A stretch of 64,000 nt of DNA. It comes from Paragordius varius (lineage: Eukaryota > Animalia > Nematomorpha). Below the pieces are notes generated by a model. That model saw only the letters and a list, made by a program, of their open reading frames with translations. It did no database searches and was not told where the DNA came from. Positions 37,032 through 49,409 of the stretch are shown piece by piece (positions within the stretch are counted from its first letter, which is position 1; each line of letters starts with the position of its first letter). The stretch is from positions 1,550,001 to 1,614,000 of the forward strand of contig OZ176053.1 in assembly GCA_964247055.1 (NCBI GenBank), written 5' to 3'. The translations under genes and the position numbers were made by a program.

Positions 37032-39343
37032 TAATCATGTAAAAACCGAAATGCCAAATAAATAATTTTTTACTGTATTATAAAACAATTGAACAGCTTT
37101 GTAATTATTTATACTCGCGTTGAACTGAATTAGAAATTTTGGTTATTTACAAAGGATATTGACTACGAAATATATTTCATTTTTTTGTAAAATTTGGAAT
37201 TAAATATATTAGCCCTATACCTATATCTGTATAAGGCTAATATAACTTCCATTTTTTATCTGCAATAAATTACGCCTAACGGTATCTAAAAAAATAATAA
37301 AGCGTTTTAACTGCATATATTATATGGTTTTGCATAAAAATCTTAAAATTATAAAAATATGGCTTAAATCCTATATAAATTGAATTAATTAAAAAAGTAA
37401 TCCCTTACATAACTGCTTAATAAAAAAATCGATTTTTAAATTTTTCATTATTAAAAATAATAATAATTTTATCCATATTTTGAATTATAACCAGTGATAT
37501 AAAGGTTCTGTACTTTTTTTGGAACAGTCCGGTTTGATTTTAGAATTTTGAAAAAATTATTTATATAATGTTAACCGTCGTTTTGATATTCTAATAATAA
37601 ATATTTTTCTCCGAGTATAATGTCGCATATTCTATTTATATTTTTGAAGGCTGAATTATTTGCTGATAAGAATATGACTAACCGCTTTAAGAATGAATCA
37701 GAAAATAGATCATATAACCAAACAACATTTAAAATTTAACCATTATTTTGCACATATAATTCTTGGCGAAACCGGGCTTTTTTGATCGAGCCTGACCCAA
37801 AACTTTAGTCTTAATTGGTTTGAATTAATCACTCTTTTTCTGGATAATAAAATGTAAATATCAAAAAAATTATTTAAATTAATTAAAATAATTTGCAAAA
37901 AATCAAACCGTGAAAACTTAAGAATGCGGTCTAGATCAAGAGTCTTTGTAAAAGTGCAAATACATGAAATTTCAAATCATTATATGTTTTTACTATATCG
38001 CATGTGACATTATATATCAAGAATTTGCAACTTATTAGTTTTGAAAGCCTGGCATGAACTTATATATTTTTTGAAAAAAAATACTAGTTATGATAATATT
38101 TGGTATTAAACCGGAGATAATGGTTTGTATTAACGCTTCATAAGATCCTGTGATATTTAAAAATGCTCTAAAGGGCATTTTTTCAACACCCCAGTGTGGC
38201 GGTTTGATAGATTTGAAGGTAGGCTGTAATAAGCATCTCGTTAACATATACATCTAGTTCTGATAAACTATTTTGGTACCATGTCAAAAACTATTTTGAA
38301 AGTTAATCATAAAATATGTATATATAGATGGCAGGGTTTTTAAATGATTATAATTTTAGAATAAAGGAGGATTTTGCACAAATAGCTATAAAGTCTCTCA
38401 ACATATTTGAACTATTTTAAAAAAAAATAATGTATTTTGATATTTACATGTATATCTAAAAAAATGTGAAAGAAGTTTGACCATCCCCATATATAATTAT
38501 TGATATTCGTTCCCTTGATAATTTTCATTATCAAGATTTTATGATATCATATAAAATATTCGGTATAATTTCACTCTTAATTTCTTAATTAAGATTTTAA
38601 TTTTACACACAGTTATTTGAGTATCCAATTATTCTAATATTATTTTTAAAGCAACTGAGGTGAAGTGTTTTAATTGGTAAATCCTCGCAATCGAAACCAA
38701 TAAAACGTTCTTTAAAGTCTCAAAAGTGAGCGTTTAGATTTAATTAGAATAGACTTCAAAATTTCACGTGTACTTTGTATACTCGCTTGCTAAATAAGGC
38801 TTACACAAAATCAATTTATCAAAATACAATTCCATGTTTAGATAGTATATTGTCATTAGTAACTCAAAAATCCCAAAATATATTAAACGAAGGAAACACA
38901 GCCAATCGGTTCATATCTGGTCTTTCCATAACTCTAATATGATAATATGCTCTACAATAATTTTAAAATGGAGAATTAATTGATATCTGCAAGGTGATTA
39001 TTAATATGGTTATAAGATGGTTTGATCCACATTTTATGTTGGCAATTGTAAAACAAAGTTTTTCCATAAAATAAAAATGTTACAGGAAAATATTGTTTTA
39101 GCAACTACTTCGTAATTATTCATACACGCATTTACGATTGACCAACAATAATGTGAATTAGCCAGCAAAAATAAGGACAGAAAAAACACTTAAATAGTTA
39201 TACCCTTAAAACAATTAAAGAAAAAAAATTATATCAAGAAAATTTATTTGTTCTAAGAGTGATTATAAATGTTAAATAATTGGATTGTCATTGATATATT
39301 GATATGCATTGATTGTTTTTAAGAAAAAAAAAATAAAAAAAAC

Positions 39344-39425
39344 TGGCAGCGGTGGGATTTGAACCCACGCCTCCGAGGAGACTGGTGCCTTAAACCAGCG
39401 CCTTAGACCGCTCGGCCACGCTACC
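39344..39425 (-). tRNA. tRNA-Leu (anticodon AAG)
   Basis: GGTAGCGTGGCCGAGCGGTCTAAGGCGCTGGTTTAAGGCACCAGTCTCCTCGGAGGCGTGGGTTCAAATCCCACCGCTGCCA: 82 nt, long variable arm, anticodon loop TT-AAG-GC, downstream oligo-T terminator. Confidence 0.96.
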
Positions 39426-39451
39426 GTTGTCAGTTGAGGTATTATTGAAGT

Positions 39452-40372
39452 TTATGTATTCTTCTTGCAGCATTGGGAGGGGAAAGCGGACCAATTATAT
39501 TCGTAAATGGGTTTAACATTGTAAGATTTATCACAGATTTTACCAGATTGTGTATACAAGTCATATAAATGCAACATTTCTTCGGATGATTGTTTGTGCA
39601 TCACAATGTACCGTTCATCACATCCTCGAGATATGTATTCAGTATTAAATTCAATTCGATGAATGCGTTGAGTCTTTAGAGAAGCAGTCCATACACCCAA
39701 ACTTGTATCCTCGTTATTATATATTTTTAGAATGTCTGAATTTTGAGAAATGAAACTTACAATATCTTTGGATAACACGTATCCACCGCCTCTAGCATAA
39801 GGAAGATACCTATCACACAGAAACCATGATTTTTCTTCCCATTTTCCTTCTTTATACACATGGGCATCGCCTACAAAATAACCTAAATATATGCTTTGAT
39901 TGTCAAATTTGTGAAGGAGAGCATTTAATTTATCTGTTATTACATATGTATCATCGTCAGCTTTAAAAATAAACTGGAATTTAAGATATGTATTGGCATA
40001 TTTTAACATGTACATTAATTTGGTACTAATTAATTTGTAATCTTCTTCAATATCTTTCAAAAAAACCAAATCGTTATAAAGATAATTTTCATGTGTTAAC
40101 TCTGCCAACATTTTTTGATCAATATTTTTGGTTCCTATAAAAAAATAATGACCGAATTGAGAATCATTATATCTTAGCCAGGTATTTCTCATAATATCCC
40201 TTCGATATAAATTTCCTGGCGATGTCATTATCAAAAATATAGTCTTTTTTTCGTCACATTTGTTCGGATTATTAAAAATTAATACTGATTTATATATAAC
40301 ATATAAGGAACAAGAAATTAAGACTAATATTTTAAAATTATTTGAACCAACACATTTAACACGCGAAAGCAT
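39452..40372 (-). CDS. B3GALT6: Beta-1,3-galactosyltransferase 6 (GT31), intronless; ATG at 40372
   Basis: Type II TM segment, IMTSPGNLYRRDIMRNTW, FKADDDTYV, WEEKSWFLCDRYLPYARGGGYVLS, EDTSLGVW, SRGC, YEYNWSAFPSQCC. Confidence 0.92.
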   Translation of the reverse strand: MLSRVKCVGSNNFKILVLISCSLYVIYKSVLIFNNPNKCDEKKTIFLIMTSPGNLYRRDIMRNTWLRYNDSQFGHYFFIGTKNIDQKMLAELTHENYLYNDLVFLKDIEEDYKLISTKLMYMLKYANTYLKFQFIFKADDDTYVITDKLNALLHKFDNQSIYLGYFVGDAHVYKEGKWEEKSWFLCDRYLPYARGGGYVLSKDIVSFISQNSDILKIYNNEDTSLGVWTASLKTQRIHRIEFNTEYISRGCDERYIVMHKQSSEEMLHLYDLYTQSGKICDKSYNVKPIYEYNWSAFPSQCCKKNT

Positions 40373-40425
40373 AATGTATGTATTAAATTTCAATCAAGCA
40401 ATCACATGGACTGATAGAATATTAA

Positions 40426-41003
40426 CACTTGGATACGACATACTCATTTTAGTCCTTCGATTCAAATTGGGGTAGTTGGATACCCCAGGCCTGTTTGAAA
40501 TCAAATACTTTAAAAAGTATGGAAGGAATCGAATCCATGGAAAAACTTTGCACTTATATAACATTAATAAACCGAAAATATAAAAAATTTTATTGAAAAA
40601 TACTTGATATTACTTATTTTTAGCTAAAACCGAAAGGTAAAAATTTCGTCAACCTGACATTTGTCAAATGGTAAAATTAAAAAATACTACAAAATAAACC
40701 GCTTTTTCTATTTCTAACAATGTTAGATGTAATTTATATTAAAAATTAGCTTTAGTTTTACCCTTATTAAATGAAGACGATATTTTGCAAAAATTTTGTA
40801 AAATAAAAATGGCGTCGAAGTAGTTTGAGATGGAACTTTTTTTTCAAAACAAAATTTTATCAAGATATTTTGGCATATTTAAATAATTTATATTAGGATA
40901 GAAGAATAAATTTATATTGGGACCGTTTCCTTCAGTAGTTTTTTAAAAATATTAATTTAAATTTTGTCTGGGGTATTTAGATACCCCAATTTGAATCGAA
41001 GTG
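40426..41003. mobile_element. TTAA-targeting MITE family B
   Basis: TTAA at 40422-40425 and 41004-41007 flanking CACTT...AAGTG. Confidence 0.85.
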
Positions 41004-42159
41004 TTAAAATAATGTTTGAGAAGATTATATTAAAGGTTTTTTCTAAAGAATAATATCGAATATAATTTTAAAATTTAAATACATAGGCGCCTTTAATTAC
41101 AGACCTTAAAATATTTTTTTATTATTAGGTGTGTTCACGAATTTTACCGGTTTTTAGTAAAAAAAATAGTAATTTAATCCCTTTATATATTTTGACAATC
41201 TCTCAGGGATTATCAATGCCGTGCTAGAAAATTGATTGTCTAATATAGAAAACCATTTGTCAAGCCTATTTCCACGTCTTAGAAAATTAAGTGCTGCTTC
41301 ACAAGGGCCTGTTCCATTAATGCGTCGTATCAGTCACTTGGCGGCAGGACAGGAGTTAGCGGATGTGGTAATATATCCGATTTAAAGGTTTTATTTACTG
41401 TTTTTACTGTGTCAATCGAAGGATTGCCATTTAACAAAATTACTCGAGAAAGTTTTCTGGTGTCAATTACTTAAAGGATTTGGACATATTATTATCCATT
41501 TTTTCTATACGTAAACTGTTATATAAACTAAAAATTGAAGATGCTTATCTTTTTATATAAAATTTGTAACAAATTGAGCTTTAAAACATTTACGGTAAAA
41601 ATTGATATTATTAGAAAGTAAAAAGATAAAGACACTATTTTTTCGAAAGACAGGTCATTTTTTTGAAATTAAATCTGTAAATATAACTCATTGTTTTAAA
41701 TTTCAAAGTATTAGTGAATTGGTAACACAAGAAATTATATATTATAAATTGTAATAATTTATACAAAACTTAGGGTTTTAAAAGTATTGTTGTCTTATAA
41801 TTTTTGCGTTTTGTCAGTATATTAAAATTTTTTACTGTGATCGGGAAATAAATGAACACTATTGCCAAATTTATGAATAAAAAAGATTTTTGCTAATTAA
41901 TATATAAATATATTTTGTATAATATATGAAATTGAGTGTCGGACAAGCATATCGATGAAAGGGTCAACTCAAAAATCCGCGAAGTATTTTCCTACCTTTG
42001 AGATACTGCAACAAGCGGTTTAACGATTAAAATATTTTGCGCAATGATAATTAAATGTAAATCCGGTTATAGAAAGTTTTTGGACTTTATTTTGAGATAT
42101 GTAACTGTATGCTCATAATAAAAATTAATATAATCCCAGAAAACAAAATTTAAAGTTAA

Positions 42160-42578
42160 TTAGTTTTTTATATGATATTAATTAGTAACATTGTGCGAAT
42201 GCAATTATAGCTTTTTTTAAAGGCGCATTGTACAAATTTTTTAAAAATGTAAAATATAAAAAAACCTCTCAAACTTTGTCGCTGTTTTTTCCATAAATTT
42301 TTAAGTCACTAATCCAAAAAGCAAAGAAAAGTATGGTTAGAAAATATAAATAACTTTAAAAAGCTTTCAGGATACATTTCACCAGCAAAAACTTGGATTT
42401 TGATTTTATCATCTGTTCGTTTCCATCGTGTTTTGGAGTTGTCCCAATTTTAGACTCTACAAGTTACAAAACTGTGGAATTTTATCTCTTAGCTAAAACT
42501 GTAGTTCTTTTCAAAATTTAGCACTGGGTTATAAAATATCCAAGGTAAACTGGGAAAATAGGTGAAAAGGTAATGGTG
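42160..42578. mobile_element. MITE family F copy (left end degenerate)
   Basis: CTCAAACTTTG...ACCAGCAAAAACT...ATCGTGTTTT...GTGAAAAGGTAATGGTG|TTAA, homologous to 22279-22802. Confidence 0.65.
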
Positions 42579-42760
42579 TTAAAAAATAAATAAAATATTG
42601 CGACTCGGTTTTAATTTGTAATTTTTTACCATTTAAACATATTTAACAGCCCAGAGAACAAATAGTTTATAATGAACATTAATTATTTTGCAATTAGCTC
42701 GTGCATTCATAGTGTGAATATGCCTTCTGGTTATTGTAATAAAAGACTGGAAGGAGGATA

Positions 42761-43660
42761 TGTATATATTTATAAAAATGGAAAATGCTGGCTTTGTGAC
42801 CTGTTTCCGTAAAACCGGTAGATCTATTCAAATCTAAATGTCGAAAAAATACAATCATTAATAAATGCCCCAACAATAGCTTCGCCCTTTTTTGAAATAG
42901 ACCCCCAGTTTGGGCCCACCCCGTGTAAAAACGGTTTTTTTAAAAAACAAAAGTCCACAAAAATCGTGTCTTTGAGAGAATTTTCCGGAGAACGTGTTAG
43001 ACCATTCAATATCAAATACGATTTCTGTTTACTTATTTTCGATTGCGCTGAACATAGTCGGCTCGCTTTTTTAATTTAGGCCCTCTTTTTACCCGCTCTC
43101 CCCGTAAAATGCCATTTTTTTCAAATAACAAAGTTCACAAAAATAATTTTTTAAATCTATTTTTGGCCCAAGGTATGAGACTGTAAATAAGGATTCCACG
43201 TATTCCCTGTTATAAGGCAAAAATTTTAGTCAAGCGTTTCTTTGATGATAGCTGCTGAGTAAGTAACTACCCGCGAAAAACTGACCCTTCATATAGAAAT
43301 AGCGTGCTTTTGGGGCTAAATTTCACAAAACTTATCAGGCCATATGAGTTCAATAGCTGCTTAAAGTATAACCCGTAAAAGGTCAAAAATTTTAATCGAG
43401 CGGATTTTTTGAATTAGCCGTTAAATAGGCTCTTTACTCCCTAAAAAATGCGCTATCATTGAACTATTATTTAATTTTGAAGTTATTCTTCCATAAACTA
43501 TTAGGAATTAACGATGATTCCAGGTATAAAGGCAAATATTTTTATATAAGTACATTTTTATTTTGGCCTCTGGGTAGGGGGCTACCCGCCTGCAACTGCG
43601 CCATCATATCGATACAGCATGCCTTGAGAGCCAAATTTCAGTATGAGACTATGTGAATCA
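42761..43660 (+). mobile_element. Non-autonomous Helitron-like element, 3'-truncated
   Basis: 5' end T(G)TATATATTTATAAAAATGG shared with 43893 and 63632; body is the reverse complement of ~62860-63632. Confidence 0.6.
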
Positions 43661-43892
43661 TTTTAAAACTTTGTGCCGCATAATAAAATTGCTTATTAAA
43701 TCAAAAATATATTATGCTCATTTCAAATAAAATTGTCTATCTCAATATTCAAACGAGACAATCAAATGATCAATCTGACTTTATTGATTTTAAACATAAA
43801 ATCGTATTAGTTTATTGTTTTATTATTTATTCATCTATCATATGTATAGGAAGTTAACAAATATATGGATAATAAAACATTATTTATGGTAA

Positions 43893-44219
43893 TCTATATA
43901 TTTATAAAAATGGAAAATGCTGGCTTTATGATCTGTTTCCGGAAAACCGGTAGACCCATTCAAATCCAAATGTCGAAAAAATACATTCATTAATAAATGC
44001 CCCGACAATAGCTTCTCCCCCAAGTAAACAATAGATTAGTATGAATGCACGCGTTAAAATTCCTATGAGATCATAGCTATTAACTAATGTTTCCAAATTA
44101 TCCACATATGTGGATCATTTTATTGTCCCTTTTTTCAAATAGCCTCCCCCCCCCCCCCCCCCCCCCCAAGAAGTCCGAAGAACTTCCTCGGGTTGCGTAG
44201 CAGCACGAGATTTGCGCTA

Positions 44220-44220
<1 letters not shown>
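43893..44220 (+). mobile_element. Short internally deleted Helitron-like element with both termini
   Basis: A|TCTATATATTTATAAAAATGG... start and ...GC-rich subterminal stretch...GCGCTAG|T end, i.e. TC...CTAG inserted between A and T without TSD. Confidence 0.7.
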
Positions 44221-44254
<34 letters not shown>

Positions 44255-44429
44255 TAAATATCCGTATTTTATTTTGTAACCTTTTTGTGTGCAAATATAT
44301 AATTACTTGGGTGCAAAATTTTTTAGAATAGGTTATTTGGCCCAATCATTTGCAATCAGAAAGGGATTTAATTACACTATAATACCTTAACTTAAAATTT
44401 TTCTTTTTATAAATTAAATGATTCTGTAT

Positions 44430-45460
44430 ATCAGGCTCTAAATGTAATCATAATAGAATCTAGGTTTTTGTCAATATAAGGTATATTATGTAATTTCCTA
44501 GATCCCAGGACATAACATGCGCGAATTTTTTGCCATTTTTTAGAAACTGATTTTTCCATTGATATCTGTAAACAATTTTAGGATTGTTTCTGGAGGGTTC
44601 TAGACCAGATAATACAGTCATAGTTAAAAACAACTTGAAAAAATTAAAACAACATTTCTTATCATATAATTTGATAAAAAAAATATTTATTAGTATTTAA
44701 GGAATATCAAAATTTTATTTTAACTTAAGTAGGTCACGGTTAATAATACCTGGTCCGCGGATATGTTTATCCCTACTAATATATTAGAACTTAAGCGCAT
44801 TCGAAAAGTTAGTAAAGATAATGCAAAATGCCTTAAAATGGGCTCTATAAAACATATTAAACACTCTAACCGGATTTATTGGTTAATATTTGGTAGTTGA
44901 GAATATGTTAATGCGAACAAAAAAAATTTTAAAATAACGATATCTTTAAATATAATTTTTGCTGGTAACAAACAAGGTTGGTTAGTATCATCCAAAATAA
45001 AGTAAATGTTTATTCCATCATATTTGATAAGATCAGTTTTTTACATAGAATGGAAACTCTAACTTTATCTTTTGTTTACGTATATCTATAATTTTTTAGG
45101 CGAATATGGCCGTATTTAAATATCGTAGTTAAAATTAAAATAGAGACTACGCCTAAAAACATGAAGAAAAATATCCTTTACCAAAGGAACCATACATTGT
45201 TAAACCTTAATCATTATATCCTATATAAACTATTTGATTACAATTGTAACATACATAATTGATTTGTTTTACCACTTTTTATTTCATACTTTGCAATTTA
45301 AAACAATGACAAAAAAAATTAAGTTTAAAATATAGCGGGTCTTTTATAGAAAAAATTTTATGTCTGTATAGTTTCAATTTTTATCGGTACTTTAAATATA
45401 GATTTTTATGAAAAATCAGCCCGAGTATTTCGTCAAAGCCTAATCGAAGTTGTTCTTGAA
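44430..45460 (-). CDS. Candidate unidentified multi-exon gene (exon-like segments only)
   Basis: Several open AG/GT-bounded segments (e.g. MYGSF-GVVSILILTTIFKYGHIRL across a possible 29-nt intron 45181-45153; PILRHFALSLLTFRMR...ADQ; ISMEKSVSKKWQKIRAC); could not be joined into one frame. Confidence 0.3.
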
Positions 45461-46345
45461 ACTAAAACGGTTTAAAGAATATATCTGATTGATACTTATT
45501 CAAGTTTAATTAAATTAGCCAATATTTTTTTAAAAGTAGACGATGCCTCCTGTTTTTTTAAAGTTTTTAAGCCTTGTATTTTAAAACAATATCATATGGC
45601 CAATTATAGTGACTTGTAAAAATATCCATTGTTGATTGTCCAAATTAACTTCGAAGTTTTTACATTTTTTTTAAAAAAATAACATTCTTTGCAGTTAACA
45701 TTTTAACAGGATATTGTCACAAATTATACATTAAGATATAATTAAAGACATAAGGAAGCCTTTTAGTCTATATATATAAATGTTTATGTTTGTAATAATC
45801 GATGTTTTGATGTTGAAGTTTATACTTATGTTTATTAAAACTGTGTTTGTTACAATACTCATTTCTTACCTAATTTTACTATTTTTGTATGGATATTCAG
45901 ATTTCCCTATATTTTACAAAAATATTCGAATATATTATCCATTAATAAAAGCAAAAATCGGTAATTTCAACCAAATTTAACTTTTATCAATCTGAAACAG
46001 GGGTATGTTCAACACCCGGCCCTCCGAAATATTTTCTGTCCGTAGAAAATTACATAAATACAAAATACTAAGTTTCCTAATTTTCCTAAAAATATGCTAT
46101 TTTTGAAATCTTATGGCAGACGGGCCGCATTCAAAATATATGTATGGACATTAATATACATATTTTATCCAATGTCAAACATAAGACTGTAAAATAATCA
46201 AGAACACTATCTATTTTTTTCACCAATTTTTGCCATTTTGTTGCCGAATTTGGAGGGGCTTATTCAGAAAATTATTAAAAGGGTCGCATGTGGTCAGCGG
46301 GTTGATCCAACGGTTAGATCACTTCAGGCGGGTTTATTTGCTGAA

Positions 46346-49300
46346 ATGCTGAAATCGCGATATACATATATATATTTTTATTTAGGCTATTTTTTGAATG
46401 GTACTGCTTTTTTGATATGAAATATTTTAATTTTTTAGATATTAACACTTATCATATTAATATTTCAAGCAAAATAGTTTTTATGGAAAATCGTATTTAC
46501 CATTTTTTATCCGCTTTTGCATAATTGCACAAAATCGAAAGATGTGTAAGATTATTATTTTGAAGCGTTTTATAAAATATAAAATTGGCTAGTTTATATA
46601 GAAAAAAAATTTAACTAATAAAAAGTAATATATATACAGGTCCAAAATTGACATCAACCAGCTATGGTGAAGAATTAACAAGCTATAATAACTTGACCTA
46701 CCCCTCGCTAGTATCGATGGAAGTTGAAAACCATACATCTATCGACACTGAAAGAAGAAAAGAAAGAGATATATTTGACATGAGTTCTTTGGGAGTCACT
46801 GAATATAAACTAAATCGTTATATATCGGCACCAAATTTTAATTACAATGGTTCGCTTTCTACATTAGAAACAAATGCGAATCAGGTTGTAACCTCATAGA
46901 GTAAAAATTGAAATTATACGGACAAAACGTTAAAATAAAAAGACAAATATTTTTACTAAAAGACAACCTACTTTTTAAAACCTTAATGTTACCCATATAA
47001 GCTTTTTAGTTACGATTGGAAAATATAGAATTGATTGTGTTAGTATTATTTTATATCTTTATTTCACATTTTGCCATTAACAATGAGTTATATCGATATA
47101 AATCTAGATTTAAAAAGTATGGCTGTCTTTTAGGAAAAAAAAATTGTCTTTATATTTTTACGTTTTGTCCGTATAATTTCAATTTTTATTGTAATAGTTT
47201 TGTCTCACGTGGGCATAATAAAATAATTTGCCATCAGGTTAAAATTTAAATATAAAATATTTACATAATATGTGGTTGTATCCAATTAAATTGGTGATTA
47301 AGGTAAGATCTTCGATATTCTCTATACCCTGAGATTAGAATTTTCTAAGGTGAAATTATCTCAACTGATTTAATTTTAAAAACGATATTCTGATGGTTTC
47401 ATATATAATTAGTATTGCTAAATAACACTATTTCTAGGCTAGAGTTAAACCTCAAAACGCTGCTTAATAATTAATACTTGTAAAATAAATTTTTGAATAG
47501 TTTATTTTCTAATGCCAAGCTAACTTCCCATTTATATAAAGCAAAATATTTTTTATGCAAAGCACAGCAGGACCCAAATGTACGGCATTTAAAACAACCC
47601 CTAATTTTATTTTGGAATCCAATATTTTCGCTATGGCAAGCCAAACGCGCCATGAAATATTGCAAAAAATATTTAATATCTAAACATGGTCTCAATCCAA
47701 ATGACATGCGCTCAAATAGTGCTGGCAATCGACAAGCAGAACAAGAGTTATGTAAAATTACGTCGAAAAGATCCAAATTTATCGAAAGTGACCTGGTAGT
47801 ATTTCATCCGTTTCAATTATCTTTTGATGATCTTCCATTTACAGACAATGGTGGTATTGATAATGCTAATAATTATGAAAGAAGTAATCAAAAATGGATA
47901 TTTGTATCACGGGAATCGCCTGCTAATCTTAAGGGTCGCCTTCTGCCAAATAAAATTAAATCAGTTCAAGGCAAAAATGCTGCTTTGTATGGATTGAGGG
48001 GCATACCCAATAAATTATTTCCTTACCCATCTATAAGTTGGTGGGAAAAGAAATTTGATTGGATAATAACTTACAATACGGTTCCAACAAGTGATTTCAC
48101 CTACCCATATGGGGAACGTTTGAAAATCAATGACACAAATGATTACAGTATGGTTGATATGGATCAATTCAAAACAAGAAAACTGATTGTTGGTTTAACT
48201 TTTTTAGATTTGTCATTATATGTAAAAATTTTGATTTAAAGTGTAATTTTGAAGAGTGAATTTAAAATGTAAATGGTGCATGTATTTATTAAATTTTTAA
48301 AAGTGTTAATTATCTTTTTTGTATCTTAATAAGAATTGTGAAAAAATATATGAAAATGTTGATCACTCCATATTACAACATAATCAAATTCTTTTTAAGC
48401 TTAAATTATTGGACATTTCAGGCAAAAAATTTTTAGGCATATTTTATAAAAGTTGTTTTGATTTCTAGGCGGTATTATCCATAATTTTTTATCGACTCAC
48501 TATGCCCATTTGATGCTAGTTTAAATGTTAGCCATAGTTTTTTTATATATTTATAATATGAGCATATTAATATTTTTAGCCGTTGTAAGTAACTGCCAAT
48601 CCAAAAAACGATTGGATTTCATTCATAAACTCAAAGCATTGATACCAGAAATGGATTTGTTTGGAAAGTGCTTTAATAACCCGATTTGCGTAAAATCTAC
48701 AAAAAGCACAACGAGTAAGGAGGTTAACGATAAGTTATAGCTTTTAAACATATATCGCAAGGGAGTAATCCCTTATATTCAAAGTCAGAACACAAATTAG
48801 AATATAACTATAAGCTAATTGATTTCCAAAACGATTGAGTCAATCAACATTTACTAATCCAAATTTTATCGCTTGGTTTTTAAATAGCATGTTTATAATA
48901 TTTTATTCATAAATTTTATATATTTTACGCCATAGGTTGCCCAAAAAAATCATACATGTCTCCATGATCTAATATCCGAATATAAATTTATGGTGAGCAT
49001 CGAAAATAGTGATAAATGCCCAGATTACATAACAGAAAAATATTGGTCGTTGCCTCTTGAAACCGGGGCGATACCCATAGTTGGTGGAAGTAAGAAAGAA
49101 ACGTATAAAAAATTAGCCATCCCAAACTCTTATATTCATATCGCTGATTATGCAACAATATCTGAATTGGCTGAGCACATTACAAAGATTGGAAGTGGAA
49201 TAAAGCAATTATTACCTTATTTAGATTGGCGAAACAGATGGAAATATAAAAACTCGAAAACTGATATTTGGTGCGAGGTTTGTTACAAAGCGTATATCAA

Positions 49301-49409
49301 CAAAAATCAGAAAGCGCAACAAAGTAATGTAGCTAAATCAGATGAAGGGATATTGAAAAATGGGTCTAAATTAAAACAATGGTGGGAAGGATGTGATAAT
49401 TATTTCTAG
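46346..49409 (+). CDS. Alpha-1,3-fucosyltransferase (GT10 family); exons ~46346-46400, 46640-46884, ~47570-48192, 48580-48722, 48936-49409
   Basis: ILFWNP, SDLVVFH, QKWIFVSRESP, FDWIITY...SDFTYPYG, KLIV-AVVSNC, RLDF, DLFGKC, YKFMVSIENS..PDYITEKYW, GAIPIVGG, PNSYIHIADY motifs; the first two exons and the exon 3 acceptor are less certain. Confidence 0.88.
46899..47191. mobile_element. MITE family C in FUT intron
   Basis: TA|GAGTAAAAATTGAAATTATACGGACAAAACG / CGTTTTGTCCGTATAATTTCAATTTTTATTG|TA. Confidence 0.8.

Noticed and set aside
42694-43656. Short ORFs at 42694-43015, 43459-43656 and 63449-63631
   Set aside because: Lie within Helitron-like repeat copies; no Rep/helicase motifs.
46885-46899. 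Stop codon of ORF 46648-46899 created by the MITE junction (TA+G)
   Set aside because: The exon more plausibly splices out at CAG|GT 46884/46885, so the stop is intronic.
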